Origin: a phage
Sequence record: PX436236.1
Reading direction: 5' to 3' (one strand)
DNA length: 64,000 nucleotides
Of the stretch, positions 27,904 through 40,640 are shown piece by piece; within the stretch, counting starts at the first letter, position 1, and every line of letters starts with the position of its first letter. The translations under genes and the position numbers were made by a program. The notes under the pieces were generated by a model. That model did no database searches. It was given only the letters and a program-made list of their open reading frames with translations, and was not told the DNA's origin.

Positions 27904-28203
27904 TTACAGGACAAGCAGAGTTTCAGTCTGAAGGCCGTTAATAGAAATCAGCTTATCGAAACGGAATGAGCGCCAATCATTAACCTTGGTATCAAATACT
28001 CTGATATAATTAACAGGTTCTTTATTGGCTTCTGGCCCAGGGGCCTGGACTTCTTTATACGGCAGCAGGTCTAAGTCGCGAGTACAAGTCATACGACGGG
28101 CACTACCATCAGCTTTTTCAAACAGGACTTCGTGAAAACCAACAGACAAAATAGTCTTGACTTTTTCACGGAGACGAATAGTTTCTTGTTCGGTTAAAAT
28201 CAT
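27904..28203 (-). CDS. Hypothetical protein (31.1 region)
   Basis: 99 aa ORF, T4 31.x position. Confidence 0.5.
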   Translation of the reverse strand: MILTEQETIRLREKVKTILSVGFHEVLFEKADGSARRMTCTRDLDLLPYKEVQAPGPEANKEPVNYIRVFDTKVNDWRSFRFDKLISINGLQTETLLVL

Positions 28204-28205
28204 AA

Positions 28206-28439
28206 TTATTCCAGAATAGTTTTGATAGTGGTTGCATTACGCTCTTTTAGAGCTCTTAATAGGCTATGGCAATTATCAAGAATAGGCACCGTTTTATATT
28301 TCATTTCAGCGCGAACCCACTCGGATTTATAGTACGATTTCCAACGAGAGAAAAAGTACTTTTTATATTCTACTGAATAGGCTATCAGGTTTTCACCTTT
28401 TGAGTTCAGACCTGAAAATTTAACTAAACGAAATTTCAT
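28206..28439 (-). CDS. Hypothetical protein (31.2 region)
   Basis: 77 aa ORF. Confidence 0.5.
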   Translation of the reverse strand: MKFRLVKFSGLNSKGENLIAYSVEYKKYFFSRWKSYYKSEWVRAEMKYKTVPILDNCHSLLRALKERNATTIKTILE

Positions 28440-28462
28440 TTTGTTTCCTTCAATTAGGATGC

Positions 28463-28768
28463 TTAGCCTTCGATTTTTATATAATCAATGCGGACAATAT
28501 ACTTGGTTTCGCCGCCACGAGTTTCTTTACGAACTTCACGGACTAATACCAATTCTGGGTTTACATTTACCAATTGGTCAATAACATATTCGATATCACT
28601 AGTAGAATGAGTCGAAATTTCGCCAGTAGAATTGCCTTTAAGCTGTTCAATAACATAAAGTGGACCTACTTTAATAGATTTGATACCTTTTTGGAGAAGA
28701 GCATCAATAAATGTATCTGTGTAATCAACAGTAACCACTTGTTTAGGTTTTTCAAATAAAATATTCAT
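28463..28768 (-). CDS. Hypothetical protein
   Basis: 101 aa ORF; TAATG overlap with cd. Confidence 0.5.
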   Translation of the reverse strand: MNILFEKPKQVVTVDYTDTFIDALLQKGIKSIKVGPLYVIEQLKGNSTGEISTHSTSDIEYVIDQLVNVNPELVLVREVRKETRGGETKYIVRIDYIKIEG

Positions 28769-29313
28769 TATTCACCGCAATAGTTTTGAATTGATTCCCA
28801 GTTCAAAGAACGGAGACCTGTACGATTATACTGGATAACTTCGATGCCTGATTCACGGAGGATATCGTCCCAACCTTCAGGATTTCGGTCATAGAGCTCA
28901 GCATAAACCAATGTTTTAATTCCGGACTGCGCAATAGACTTAGCACAATCAGCGCACGGAGATAACGTCACGTACATCGTAGCGCCATCAATAGAACTTC
29001 CGGTACGAGCTGCAAACAAAATAGCATTCAGTTCGGCATGGATTTCATTTTTAGATGACCATGCAGCGTGAGCCATACGGTGTTCTTTAAGAAGAACGGA
29101 TTTGTGCGACATCCGCGTTGGGTCATACACAACACGAGTCCAGTCCTGTTCCACAGCATGGTCACAACAGTTAACACCGCCGGACGGTGAACCGTTATAG
29201 CCTGTAGAGATAATGCGACCATTCTTTTCAATAACCGCGCCTACTTTCCATGAACAACATTTTGATTCTTGAGAAATCAGATATGCAATCTGAAGATATG
29301 TGCTTGCTTTCAT
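28768..29313 (-). CDS. cd: dCMP deaminase
   Basis: 181 aa; cytidine/deoxycytidylate deaminase zinc motifs HAELNAI and SPCADCA. Confidence 0.9.
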   Translation of the reverse strand: MKASTYLQIAYLISQESKCCSWKVGAVIEKNGRIISTGYNGSPSGGVNCCDHAVEQDWTRVVYDPTRMSHKSVLLKEHRMAHAAWSSKNEIHAELNAILFAARTGSSIDGATMYVTLSPCADCAKSIAQSGIKTLVYAELYDRNPEGWDDILRESGIEVIQYNRTGLRSLNWESIQNYCGE

Positions 29314-29543
29314 TCTACGTACACTCGCTGCGCTTCGACCAGACCATCAGAACCAAGTTTCAACTGGGTAATCTGGTCGCCATTTTTAGGATTAACGATA
29401 ACCAATACCGCACGTGGTGATTCCTGAATTACTCGCAGAGTTGCGTCAGGAAAACGTACAGAAACCTTATTAATCAGGGCCTGAGCAAATTCTTTAACTT
29501 TAACTTGGAACTGCTCTACAGTAATAGGTTGTTCGCTCAGCAT
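29310..29543 (-). CDS. Hypothetical protein (cd.1 region)
   Basis: 77 aa; ATGA overlap with cd. Confidence 0.5.
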   Translation of the reverse strand: MLSEQPITVEQFQVKVKEFAQALINKVSVRFPDATLRVIQESPRAVLVIVNPKNGDQITQLKLGSDGLVEAQRVYVE

Positions 29544-30097
29544 TAGATGGTCTCCAACTTAAGTTGTTTGGTAGTGGTAGCTTGGGTAACGTCGCCTTTA
29601 ACAATATAACACACTTGTTGGAACGACTTAGTCAAAAGCTCTTCAGCCTGACGATCGGCTTGTTCCTTTGTGTTATGGCGAGAATGAACTTCAATCTTAC
29701 CATTTTTAACAATAAGCACTTTCCAATCGGCCGTAGCTTTTACTGGCTTAGGTTCTGGCTTTACAGCAATACTCGTAGTAGCCAGTGGACGTACTACTTC
29801 AATAAAGTATTCGAATTCATGGGCAAAGGCGCCTACTGAATTAAAAAGAACACTAGTTGCATCATCGGGATTACCTGTGATTTTGCTCAGGTCAACAAAC
29901 ATCAACTCATCGTATACACGAATTCGGCTTACACGTGGCTTCCCGTTATGGTAATCAATTTCAACTTCAAACGGGTTCATACCTACATACTTGGCAAAAG
30001 CTGTATTGAGGCCGTAAGCGCCGTTATTAGTGAATTTGTTTTTAGTGTATTCACCAACGAACTTATAAAACTTACGCTCTTCAAAGAACTGGCTCAT
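29543..30097 (-). CDS. Hypothetical protein
   Basis: 184 aa from internal ATG with RBS GAGGAAA; early promoter upstream. Confidence 0.5.
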   Translation of the reverse strand: MSQFFEERKFYKFVGEYTKNKFTNNGAYGLNTAFAKYVGMNPFEVEIDYHNGKPRVSRIRVYDELMFVDLSKITGNPDDATSVLFNSVGAFAHEFEYFIEVVRPLATTSIAVKPEPKPVKATADWKVLIVKNGKIEVHSRHNTKEQADRQAEELLTKSFQQVCYIVKGDVTQATTTKQLKLETI

Positions 30098-30127
30098 TTC
30101 GATTTCCTCATTTGTTTCGGTAGGACT

Positions 30128-30157
30128 ACTATACCACAGTCCTACCATAGTGTAAAC
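30128..30157 (-). promoter_or_regulatory. Early promoter cassette with inverted repeat (PeSL-like)
   Basis: Minus-strand GTTTAC-N18-TATAGT; -10 inside a 9-bp inverted repeat GGTAGGACT/AGTCCTACC (30119-30146). Confidence 0.55.
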
Positions 30158-30159
30158 AC

Positions 30160-30438
30160 TTAAATTGCTTCGACAACTACCGTTTGTTTCTGGAAGTCCA
30201 TTTTGCATGAAATAGTCAAAATGTGGTTATCAATTTTAAATGGAACGATTGCAAATGCTGCACCTGGCGTGAGTTGAACAGTGATTGCATCAACTGCATC
30301 CGGGAACATGATTTCCAGAATAGCAGACAAACGACCATGCACCTTTAGTTCAGTCGACGTGTCGACGGGTTCGTATAGGTAATCAGATACAATCTGACTA
30401 AAAACTACTTTAACAATTTCAGAATAAGTAGGGAACAT
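30160..30438 (-). CDS. Hypothetical protein
   Basis: 92 aa ORF. Confidence 0.5.
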   Translation of the reverse strand: MFPTYSEIVKVVFSQIVSDYLYEPVDTSTELKVHGRLSAILEIMFPDAVDAITVQLTPGAAFAIVPFKIDNHILTISCKMDFQKQTVVVEAI

Positions 30439-30445
30439 AATTACC

Positions 30446-30661
30446 TCAGTGTACAGTATGGACCTTCACGTTAACAATAAACCGGTCAACGACTTCAGTC
30501 AGAGGAACGAACTCAACATAGTACTCGCCTTTGTAACGTTCATTGAGGTCATTACGAAGGGCTGCTAGTGAGTTAACGAGGGTAGGAGACATATTCTGAC
30601 CTACCAGTTTCTGAAGCTCTTTATAAGCTTCTTCTTCAACTTCGTGGTGTTTGTTATACAT
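30446..30661 (-). CDS. Hypothetical protein
   Basis: 71 aa from internal ATG; the track ORF extends further upstream. Confidence 0.4.
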   Translation of the reverse strand: MYNKHHEVEEEAYKELQKLVGQNMSPTLVNSLAALRNDLNERYKGEYYVEFVPLTEVVDRFIVNVKVHTVH

Positions 30662-30850
30662 AATGTTCTTCCAAGAAGGCAAGGAGTTCAGGAGCGGATT
30701 TAAAAATACCACCATCGACCTTGTCTTCATCTTTATAGTCCATAACATCCAGGCCAATACGTCCATCAGTTAAAGGCCATACGCCGAAGAAAAAGCATTT
30801 ACGTTTTTCAATTTCTTCGATTGTACGAAAAATCTTTTCGATATTATTCA

Positions 30851-30851
<1 letters not shown>
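30654..30851 (-). CDS. Hypothetical protein
   Basis: 65 aa from internal ATG overlapping the pseT stop (TAATG). Confidence 0.45.
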
Positions 30852-32091
<1,240 letters not shown>

Positions 32092-32222
32092 TATACTCTG
32101 CTCCCAAGAGTTTGTAAACTACTTTCCGAAAAGACCATGCATACACATGCTGAACACAATCCCAAAACAAAAGAATGCAGCGCCAAATCTAACGGCATCC
32201 CAACCGCAAACGCATGTCTCAA

Positions 32223-32513
32223 TCATTTGCACTTCCCCTCTTTTAGTCCAGAACGATAATAACATAACATAGATTTCTGGTCTTGTACATATCTTTTTAC
32301 GTCATTCAACCAAATACGATGTTCTTGGGAGTCTTCGAAAGGCATTCCAACCCAGGCCTTACCGTCGATTACCTTAACCTGCCATTTAACATTATGTTCG
32401 GCGATAGGTTGTGGCCATGAAGGATGCAGTTGTTGCTTAGGCACTACAGGGATGTCCTGGGTACATCCAACTAACAAGCCAATAGATAATACTACTACAG
32501 ATAATTTAATCAT
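32223..32513 (-). CDS. pseT.2: Outer-membrane spanin subunit (lipoprotein)
   Basis: 96 aa; signal peptide with lipobox LVGC; ATGA overlap with the upstream i-spanin. Confidence 0.7.
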   Translation of the reverse strand: MIKLSVVVLSIGLLVGCTQDIPVVPKQQLHPSWPQPIAEHNVKWQVKVIDGKAWVGMPFEDSQEHRIWLNDVKRYVQDQKSMLCYYRSGLKEGKCK

Positions 32514-32863
32514 TCTGTAATGCTCCTGAAGTCTTGGGCAAAGGAATCGAAGGACTTGTTGATTTGTTTTTCGACCAATCCTGGCTTACTTGCCACCACG
32601 TGCGCCTTCTTCGAATCTTTACGGAGCTTTTCATTTTCTACCTTAATTTTATCCATTCGGGCATTCATTTCAGTAGTACGGAATTCAATATCAGAGTATT
32701 GACCACGAAGGTCCTCTACAGCTTCAGCGTTCTGTTTAGCTGTTTGCTGGGTTGTTTTCAGTTCTTCGGTAAGGGTATCAATACGGCTTGATTGATACGA
32801 AATAAAACCATAAGCACCTACTGCAATGGCTCCAGCTAAAAGGTAAATACTTAATTTAGACAT
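32510..32863 (-). CDS. pseT.3: Inner-membrane spanin subunit
   Basis: 117 aa; N-terminal transmembrane helix followed by coiled-coil-like periplasmic segment. Confidence 0.7.
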   Translation of the reverse strand: MSKLSIYLLAGAIAVGAYGFISYQSSRIDTLTEELKTTQQTAKQNAEAVEDLRGQYSDIEFRTTEMNARMDKIKVENEKLRKDSKKAHVVASKPGLVEKQINKSFDSFAQDFRSITE

Positions 32864-33351
32864 TTGGTAATAATCTCGATGATGTCATCACGTGACAGGG
32901 AATTAATAAGAACCGTTTTAGGATTTTCACACTGAATTTTATACGTTTCAAACATAAAACATAATTCTTCAGCAGTATGGTAAGGACTTGAAATGCCAAG
33001 GCGATTAAACTTGTCGCTTAATGGGTCACAAATCAAATAGAAAGTGATGCCTGAGATTTTAACATTAGGTTGGCTAATATTAATGAACACCTCGGCATCG
33101 TACTTGGAAAGGTTGTTTCGGAGAAACTCAACCATAGAGTTAACAGCTTCGGGCATGGCTTCACGCTTTTCTTCTGCATAACGGGTAGAGTATTCTTTTT
33201 GCTTGATTTTCTTTTTAGCATTTTTAGCTAAAGTAACACGAAGATCGGTCAGGTAACCTACTGCACGAGAACCTTTAAAAACTTGGATGCCGTCAGTAGA
33301 GTCACCAAAAGCCTTAACAACCATTTCGTTAGTAATCATTTGCATATTCAT
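32851..33351 (-). CDS. alc: Alc-like host transcription inhibitor
   Basis: 166 aa (T4 Alc is about 167 aa); position between rnlA and the spanins. Confidence 0.55.
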   Translation of the reverse strand: MNMQMITNEMVVKAFGDSTDGIQVFKGSRAVGYLTDLRVTLAKNAKKKIKQKEYSTRYAEEKREAMPEAVNSMVEFLRNNLSKYDAEVFINISQPNVKISGITFYLICDPLSDKFNRLGISSPYHTAEELCFMFETYKIQCENPKTVLINSLSRDDIIEIITKCLN

Positions 33352-33381
33352 TTTGTTTTCTCCTCATTAGTTGGTAAGTCT

Positions 33382-33410
33382 ATACTAACACGTCATGAGG
33401 AGATGTAAAC
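33382..33410 (-). promoter_or_regulatory. Early promoter cassette
   Basis: Minus-strand GTTTAC-N17-TAGTAT followed by the conserved leader and RBS for alc. Confidence 0.5.
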
Positions 33411-34558
33411 TACTCTACCACAATTTCTTTCAAATATTTTTCAGGGATTTGGGCCTTATGATTTTTCAAGAACACAGAGTTAATCTGGTCCATGACCGTA
33501 TCATAATTAATACCGCCTACGTACGCCTGCATAAGAATAGAGAACAACCCTGGGAAGTCCTTAAGGATTAGCTGTCCAGTAACGGCATAGTCTTTACGGT
33601 CGCGACCTTTGAGTTGAGAGTAAGCTGCTTCTAACAAGGCTAATGATTGTTCTAGGTAATCTAAATGGATGCGTTCAAAGGCATCGATTTTCTCGATAGC
33701 AAAGGAATCTGTACTGAACAGACCACGAAGGTCATCAGTTCCACCAGCCACTACAACTTCAAACAAACGTTCGTTGTTGTTAATGGAATCTTTGGTATGA
33801 TGCAGTGCACTGTACCAGGCGGTTTTGAGTTTAAAGAACGTACCATCTTTCAGTACAAAGATGAAACCTTCAATACCTTCTTGTTTACGGATGTTTTCTA
33901 CGAAATCACCTTCAGCGAGGTCATAGCTTTCAACCAAATGCTTACGCAGGGCCCCATCTTTAAACAATTCAGCATACGGAATATATTCACCTGTTTCATT
34001 ATTACGAACGTTTAACAGGATGAGGTTTGTTTCTTGGTAAGCCAGCACGATACGGTTGGTAGGTGCTACATATTCAAGGTTGCAGGTATACCCAGCTTTG
34101 GTGATTTCTTCTAGACGTGCGGCAAAAGCCTCGTTCTCAGGGAGACGAAGGAACCGTAAAGAATCATGCACCATTGATGAATGGATAGAGCCTTTAGATT
34201 TAACAGAAAGATACTGTCGGTCCATGAATGTAGAAATCAGAGAACCATCTTCCTTAGCCATTACGAGGTCGATATTTTCTGGCGACAAATCTAGACCGAT
34301 AGTCATAGGGTTTTCGTCGAGGTTAAAGAACTTTTGCATAGGACGAGCGGCAATACGTACAGGACCTTTCTCGTCCATTTCAAACATAATGCCTCGGCAC
34401 TCTAGTGCGCCGTCTTCCAACCAATCACTGTATGATGCGTAGTTATAACTAAAGATGCGATAGTTGACTCCTAGAGCACTCTGAAAGTCTTTAAAGAAGA
34501 ACTTAGATTTAGTCGAGTTTTTAACCAGGGCCATCAAGTTATCATATAATTCAATCAT
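33410..34558 (-). CDS. rnlA: RNA ligase 1
   Basis: 382 aa; strong match to remembered T4 Rnl1 (YRIFSYNYASYSDWL, ECRGIMFEMD, RIVLAYQE). Confidence 0.9.
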   Translation of the reverse strand: MIELYDNLMALVKNSTKSKFFFKDFQSALGVNYRIFSYNYASYSDWLEDGALECRGIMFEMDEKGPVRIAARPMQKFFNLDENPMTIGLDLSPENIDLVMAKEDGSLISTFMDRQYLSVKSKGSIHSSMVHDSLRFLRLPENEAFAARLEEITKAGYTCNLEYVAPTNRIVLAYQETNLILLNVRNNETGEYIPYAELFKDGALRKHLVESYDLAEGDFVENIRKQEGIEGFIFVLKDGTFFKLKTAWYSALHHTKDSINNNERLFEVVVAGGTDDLRGLFSTDSFAIEKIDAFERIHLDYLEQSLALLEAAYSQLKGRDRKDYAVTGQLILKDFPGLFSILMQAYVGGINYDTVMDQINSVFLKNHKAQIPEKYLKEIVVE

Positions 34559-34968
34559 TGCTTTATCCTATGTTGGGTATTCCAAGGTGGATTAAATTTC
34601 TTTATGAACATTGGCTCTTCAAGAGACATGGTCTCAACTGACATAGTTCCAAGTTCGTTAGTCATCGACAGATTAAAGCACTGCCGTGCATAGAACTCTA
34701 CCTTTTTACCTGCCATTAATGCTTCATGAATCAGAATGGACTTGGTCGAATCTGACGTTTGGTCCTTACGATTAATAGCGGTTCGGTAGTAGTTGATGCG
34801 CTTACGAAGATTTTTAGTCTTCCCGATGTAGACTAGTATATCATCAACCGCTATAGCATATATGACATTTTGTTTATTTGGTACTGTGAGTGGAGCAATG
34901 CTGGCGTCATCTTGGAGTTCTAGGGTGACGTACTTGATAAAGCTAAATTCGTCTGCGATTTCTTTCAT
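34555..34968 (-). CDS. denA: Endonuclease II (GIY-YIG family)
   Basis: 137 aa from internal ATG; GIY-YIG motifs (VIYAIAV...VYIGKTKNLRKRINYY); T4 DenA is about 136 aa. Confidence 0.75.
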   Translation of the reverse strand: MKEIADEFSFIKYVTLELQDDASIAPLTVPNKQNVIYAIAVDDILVYIGKTKNLRKRINYYRTAINRKDQTSDSTKSILIHEALMAGKKVEFYARQCFNLSMTNELGTMSVETMSLEEPMFIKKFNPPWNTQHRIKQ

Positions 34969-34976
34969 AGCAATAA

Positions 34977-34990
34977 GGGGCCGAAGCCCC
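34977..34990 (-). promoter_or_regulatory. C(UUCG)G hairpin upstream of the denA start
   Basis: mRNA-sense GGGGC-UUCG-GCCCC between the nrdB stop and the denA ATG; no U tract, so likely a stabilising or attenuating structure. Confidence 0.45.
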
Positions 34991-34995
34991 ATTCC

Positions 34996-36174
34996 TTAAA
35001 AATATTTCTTGTACGATGCCATTACTTTTTCATCGACATCGTTATCAATTTGTGCTACAAGGTAAGAACTGATTTCCACTTCCTGAGGAGCAGCCTGTAC
35101 AGCATCAGAGTTCAGGTATTCGCGAATCCAAGGATAAGGATGGCGGGCAGGAGCATCGGTAATAGGACACGGTAAGCCACATTGCTTCATACGAGAAACT
35201 GTCAGGTAATCGACAAAAGCACCCATGTTCTGAGTATTTAATCCAGGGCAAGTACCATCTTTGAACAGGTGAGCTGCCCATTCTTTTTCTTGACGGTTAA
35301 CTTCCATGAAAATATCAACTGCTTCTTGTTCACACTCTTGAGCAATTTTAACCCATTCATCACCATCAGTACCAAGTTGAAGTTGACGAATAATGTACTG
35401 GGTACCCTTAAGGTGAAGCTGTTCATCACGTGCAATGAACTTCATAATCTTAGCATTACCTTCCATGATTTCCATGTTTTTATGGAAGTTAAAGGTGCAT
35501 GCGAAAGATACATAAAAACGAATAGCTTCCAATGCGTTGATTACATGAAGGCAAAGGTAAAGGGATTTCATTAGCTCACGCTTCCAATACATCTCATGCT
35601 CAATAGCATCTTCAATATCGTCTTCGTCTGCATTAATTTCTTTTTGGTATTCGATATCAGCTTTAGCATTCTGCCAATAGCGAGTTTTCTCAATAACGTC
35701 GTCGTAATAACGACCAATAGATTCAGCACGTTTCATAATAGCGTCATCTAACAGAATTTCATCAAATACCTTTGACGGGTCTGTATAGAGGTTACGCATG
35801 ATATGGGTATATGAACGAGAGTGAATAGTCTCACTAAAGGTCCATGTAGCCACCCATGTATCAAGGCTAGGGTCTGAAATCAAGGCTTGAAGTGCAGCAG
35901 AAGGAGCACGTCCTTGGATACTATCCAGAAGTGATTGATACTTCAGATTATTGGTAAAAATATTTTGCTGGAATTGTGGAAGCTTATTAAACTGGGCAGC
36001 ATCCATCATCAAGTTAACTTCCTCTGGACGCCAGAAAAAACTCAACTGCTTCTCACAAAGCTCTTCGAATACTTTATGGCGTTGGATATCATAACGAGCA
36101 ATACCCAATCCTGAACCAAAGAACATCGGTTCGACTAAAACATCAACTGGGGTGGTATTAAAAACTGTAGACAT
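34996..36174 (-). CDS. nrdB: Ribonucleotide reductase small subunit
   Basis: 392 aa from internal ATG (alternative start at 36204); high similarity to remembered T4 NrdB; no intron or HEG interruption. Confidence 0.9.
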   Translation of the reverse strand: MSTVFNTTPVDVLVEPMFFGSGLGIARYDIQRHKVFEELCEKQLSFFWRPEEVNLMMDAAQFNKLPQFQQNIFTNNLKYQSLLDSIQGRAPSAALQALISDPSLDTWVATWTFSETIHSRSYTHIMRNLYTDPSKVFDEILLDDAIMKRAESIGRYYDDVIEKTRYWQNAKADIEYQKEINADEDDIEDAIEHEMYWKRELMKSLYLCLHVINALEAIRFYVSFACTFNFHKNMEIMEGNAKIMKFIARDEQLHLKGTQYIIRQLQLGTDGDEWVKIAQECEQEAVDIFMEVNRQEKEWAAHLFKDGTCPGLNTQNMGAFVDYLTVSRMKQCGLPCPITDAPARHPYPWIREYLNSDAVQAAPQEVEISSYLVAQIDNDVDEKVMASYKKYF

Positions 36175-36227
36175 GTTATTCTCATTTGTTAGTGACTCAT
36201 CCATGAGTCAATTATAATCAGATTTTA

Positions 36228-38483
36228 TTAAAGCTTACAAGCTGCACAATCGTCGGCTTTAGGAGTTTCGATTTCGTAGTCATCAGTACCAGAGCCATCA
36301 CGGGTGTTATGATAGTAAAGGTTCTTACCGCCGTAGTACCAGAAATACAGCAGGTCATCAAGCATTACCGACATCGGAACTTTTCCTTTTGGGAAAATCT
36401 GTGGGTCGTAATATGTATTCGCTGATGCTGATTGACACACCCATTTCAACGCTATTGCCACTTGGGTAAGATAAGGTTTATTACCTTTCTTAGCAAGGGT
36501 CCAAGCGTAATCGTAGAGTCCTTGGTTATGTTCTACATTAGGAACTACCTGACGGAAGTTACCTTCTTTAGATTCTTTAATACTTACCGGACCACGTGGA
36601 GGTTCGATACCGTTTGTAGAGTTGGAAACCTGGCTGCTTGATTCACACGGCATAAGTGCTGATAATGTGCTATTACGGATGCCATGTTTAGCCAAGTCTT
36701 CCCGCAACGACGTCCAGTCACAAACATAGTTAGGGGCTGCGATTTGGTCAATCTTTTTATTGTACCAGTCGATAGGTAATTCGCCTCGAGACCATTTAGT
36801 GTCTGAATAATACTCGCAAGGTCCTTTTTCTTCGGCCAACCTGATTGATGCTCGGATAAGTCCATATTGTAATCTCTCAAACAGTTCATGAGTTAAATCG
36901 TTTGCGTCTTCATAAGAAGCAAAGTTGCTTGCTAACCAAGCGGCATAGTTCGTAACACCAACACCCAGGTTGCGACGTTTCTTGGCCTTCAGAGCTTCAG
37001 GAACAGGATAATCTTGGTAGTCTAACAAGTTATCAAGTGCACGGACTTGTACTTCAGCCAGCTCGTTGATTTTGTCTTGGTCCTGCCAATCGAAGTTATC
37101 CAGCACAAATGCAGACAACGTACACAATCCGATTTCAGCGTCCGGACTATTCACATCAGTAGTCGGGATAGCAATTTCACAACACAAGTTGCTCTGACGA
37201 ATAGGAGCTTTTTCACGAATAAATGGTGTGAAGTTGTTAGTGTTATCAACGAACTGAGGATAAATTCGTGCAGTGCCTGAACGTTCAGTCATGAACAATT
37301 CGAAAAGGTCGCGTGCCTTAATACGTTTCTTACGAATACTAGGGTCTTTTTCTGCGGCTTCATACAATTCACGGAAACGGTCTTGGTCTTCGAAATAAGA
37401 ATAGTAAAGCTCACCACCCATTTCATGAGGACTAAACAACGTGATGTAATCATTTTTACCGAAACGTTCCATCATAAGGTCGTTCATCTGGATTCCGTAG
37501 TCCATATGGCGAATACGGTTCTCATCGACACCTTTGTTGTTTTTCAGAACGAGCAGATTTTCAACTTCCAAATGCCAAATAGGATAATAAGCAGTAGCAG
37601 CGCCGCCACGGATTCCACCTTGTGAACATGATTTAACAGCAGTCTGGAAATGTTTCCAGAATGGAATAACACCGGTATGCTTGACTTCGCCCATGCCAAT
37701 ACGAGAACCTTCAGCACGAATCATACCAACGTTGATACCAATACCGGCACGTTTAGAAATGTATTCAATTATTGAGTTAGCAGTTTTGTTAATAGATTTC
37801 AGTGAGTCGCCTGCTTCAATAACCACACAAGAACTAAATTGACGGGTTGGTGTACGTGCTCCAGCCATAATAGGAGTTGGTAATGAAACCTGACGGGTAC
37901 TTACAGCATCATAAAAACGAATAATATGTGCTAAACGATTACCTGGCTCGTCTTGGTGTAAGGCCATACCAATACACATGATAGCGAACTGAGGGGTTTC
38001 GTAGATTTTACCGGTTGTTTTATCTTTAACCAGATATTTCTCTTTAAGCTGCATCGCACCAGCATAAGTCAATTCGAAATCGCGTTCATGCTTTATATGA
38101 GATTCTAAGAAAGTAATTTCTTCTGCAGAATATCGAGACAACAATTCAGGGTCATATTTACCTTCGTTAACACAATAGGAAATATGGTCGATAAAGCTAC
38201 GTGGTTCGAACTGGCCGTAAACTTCTTTACGCAGTGCAAACATCAATTGCTTTGCAGCAACATACTGATAGTCAGGTTCTTCAACCGAAATAAGGTTGGC
38301 TGCGACCTTAACAGTCAGATTCTGGATATCTTTGGTAGTCATACCATCACGAAGGTGAGATTTGATTTCTTCGTATAATTCATAGGGGTCGATTTGGGTT
38401 CCTTCACAGCCCCAAGTCAGAACTTTAATAATTTTTTGTGCGTCAAAATCTTGGGATACACCACTACTTTTTTGTACTTGCAT
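36228..38483 (-). CDS. nrdA: Ribonucleotide reductase large subunit
   Basis: 751 aa; class I RNR alpha features; RBS GAGGAAA. Confidence 0.9.
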   Translation of the reverse strand: MQVQKSSGVSQDFDAQKIIKVLTWGCEGTQIDPYELYEEIKSHLRDGMTTKDIQNLTVKVAANLISVEEPDYQYVAAKQLMFALRKEVYGQFEPRSFIDHISYCVNEGKYDPELLSRYSAEEITFLESHIKHERDFELTYAGAMQLKEKYLVKDKTTGKIYETPQFAIMCIGMALHQDEPGNRLAHIIRFYDAVSTRQVSLPTPIMAGARTPTRQFSSCVVIEAGDSLKSINKTANSIIEYISKRAGIGINVGMIRAEGSRIGMGEVKHTGVIPFWKHFQTAVKSCSQGGIRGGAATAYYPIWHLEVENLLVLKNNKGVDENRIRHMDYGIQMNDLMMERFGKNDYITLFSPHEMGGELYYSYFEDQDRFRELYEAAEKDPSIRKKRIKARDLFELFMTERSGTARIYPQFVDNTNNFTPFIREKAPIRQSNLCCEIAIPTTDVNSPDAEIGLCTLSAFVLDNFDWQDQDKINELAEVQVRALDNLLDYQDYPVPEALKAKKRRNLGVGVTNYAAWLASNFASYEDANDLTHELFERLQYGLIRASIRLAEEKGPCEYYSDTKWSRGELPIDWYNKKIDQIAAPNYVCDWTSLREDLAKHGIRNSTLSALMPCESSSQVSNSTNGIEPPRGPVSIKESKEGNFRQVVPNVEHNQGLYDYAWTLAKKGNKPYLTQVAIALKWVCQSASANTYYDPQIFPKGKVPMSVMLDDLLYFWYYGGKNLYYHNTRDGSGTDDYEIETPKADDCAACKL

Positions 38484-38513
38484 AATTTCCTCAATGTGTT
38501 AGGTTCTACAATT

Positions 38514-38538
38514 ATTCTATCATAGAACCTGTTAAGCA
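38514..38538 (-). promoter_or_regulatory. Candidate MotA-dependent middle promoter for nrdA
   Basis: Minus-strand TGCTTAA (MotA-box-like), 12 nt spacer, TAGAAT; about 30 nt upstream of the nrdA ATG. Confidence 0.4.
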
Positions 38539-38611
38539 TGGACTGATATTTATAGAATGAAATTCAGTCCGACCATAATAACCAAAAACAGAGTACAGAT
38601 TATTTGAATTT

Positions 38612-40294
<1,683 letters not shown>

Positions 40295-40319
40295 TTTATT
40301 CTCCTTAGTTGATAAGGCT

Positions 40320-40349
40320 ATAGTATCACTACCATAGCCTGGTGTAAAC
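40320..40349 (-). promoter_or_regulatory. Early promoter cassette with inverted repeat (PeSL-like)
   Basis: Minus-strand GTTTAC-N18-TACTAT; 7-bp inverted repeat AGGCTAT/ATAGCCT (40315-40340) around the -10. Confidence 0.55.
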
Positions 40350-40595
40350 TTATTTTTGAATTAAGCCCATATAAAATTTAGCGTCTTCCGGGTGCATACC
40401 GTCACAATACTCGTCAGCCATAAAGCGGGTAAGGTCTTCAAGAGGACCTTGGACTTCAATTTGCATACTACAGAATTGGGTATCTTTAATATGGGTCATA
40501 ACTAAAGAAGGATAACGATTACGGATAACTTCGTAAGTGTATTCAAAATCAACGATATCAATATTAACCTTAGCCATTTTATTTTCCTCACTCAT
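40350..40595 (-). CDS. Hypothetical protein
   Basis: 81 aa; conserved leader and RBS GAGGAAAAT. Confidence 0.5.
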   Translation of the reverse strand: MSEENKMAKVNIDIVDFEYTYEVIRNRYPSLVMTHIKDTQFCSMQIEVQGPLEDLTRFMADEYCDGMHPEDAKFYMGLIQK

Positions 40596-40609
40596 TAGTT
40601 GATAGGTCT

Positions 40610-40638
40610 ATAGTATCATGTTTAAAGGCATTGTAAAC
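40610..40638 (-). promoter_or_regulatory. Early promoter cassette
   Basis: Minus-strand GTTTAC-N17-TACTAT within the conserved motif GTTGATAGGTCTATAGTATCA. Confidence 0.55.
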
Positions 40639-40640
40639 AC

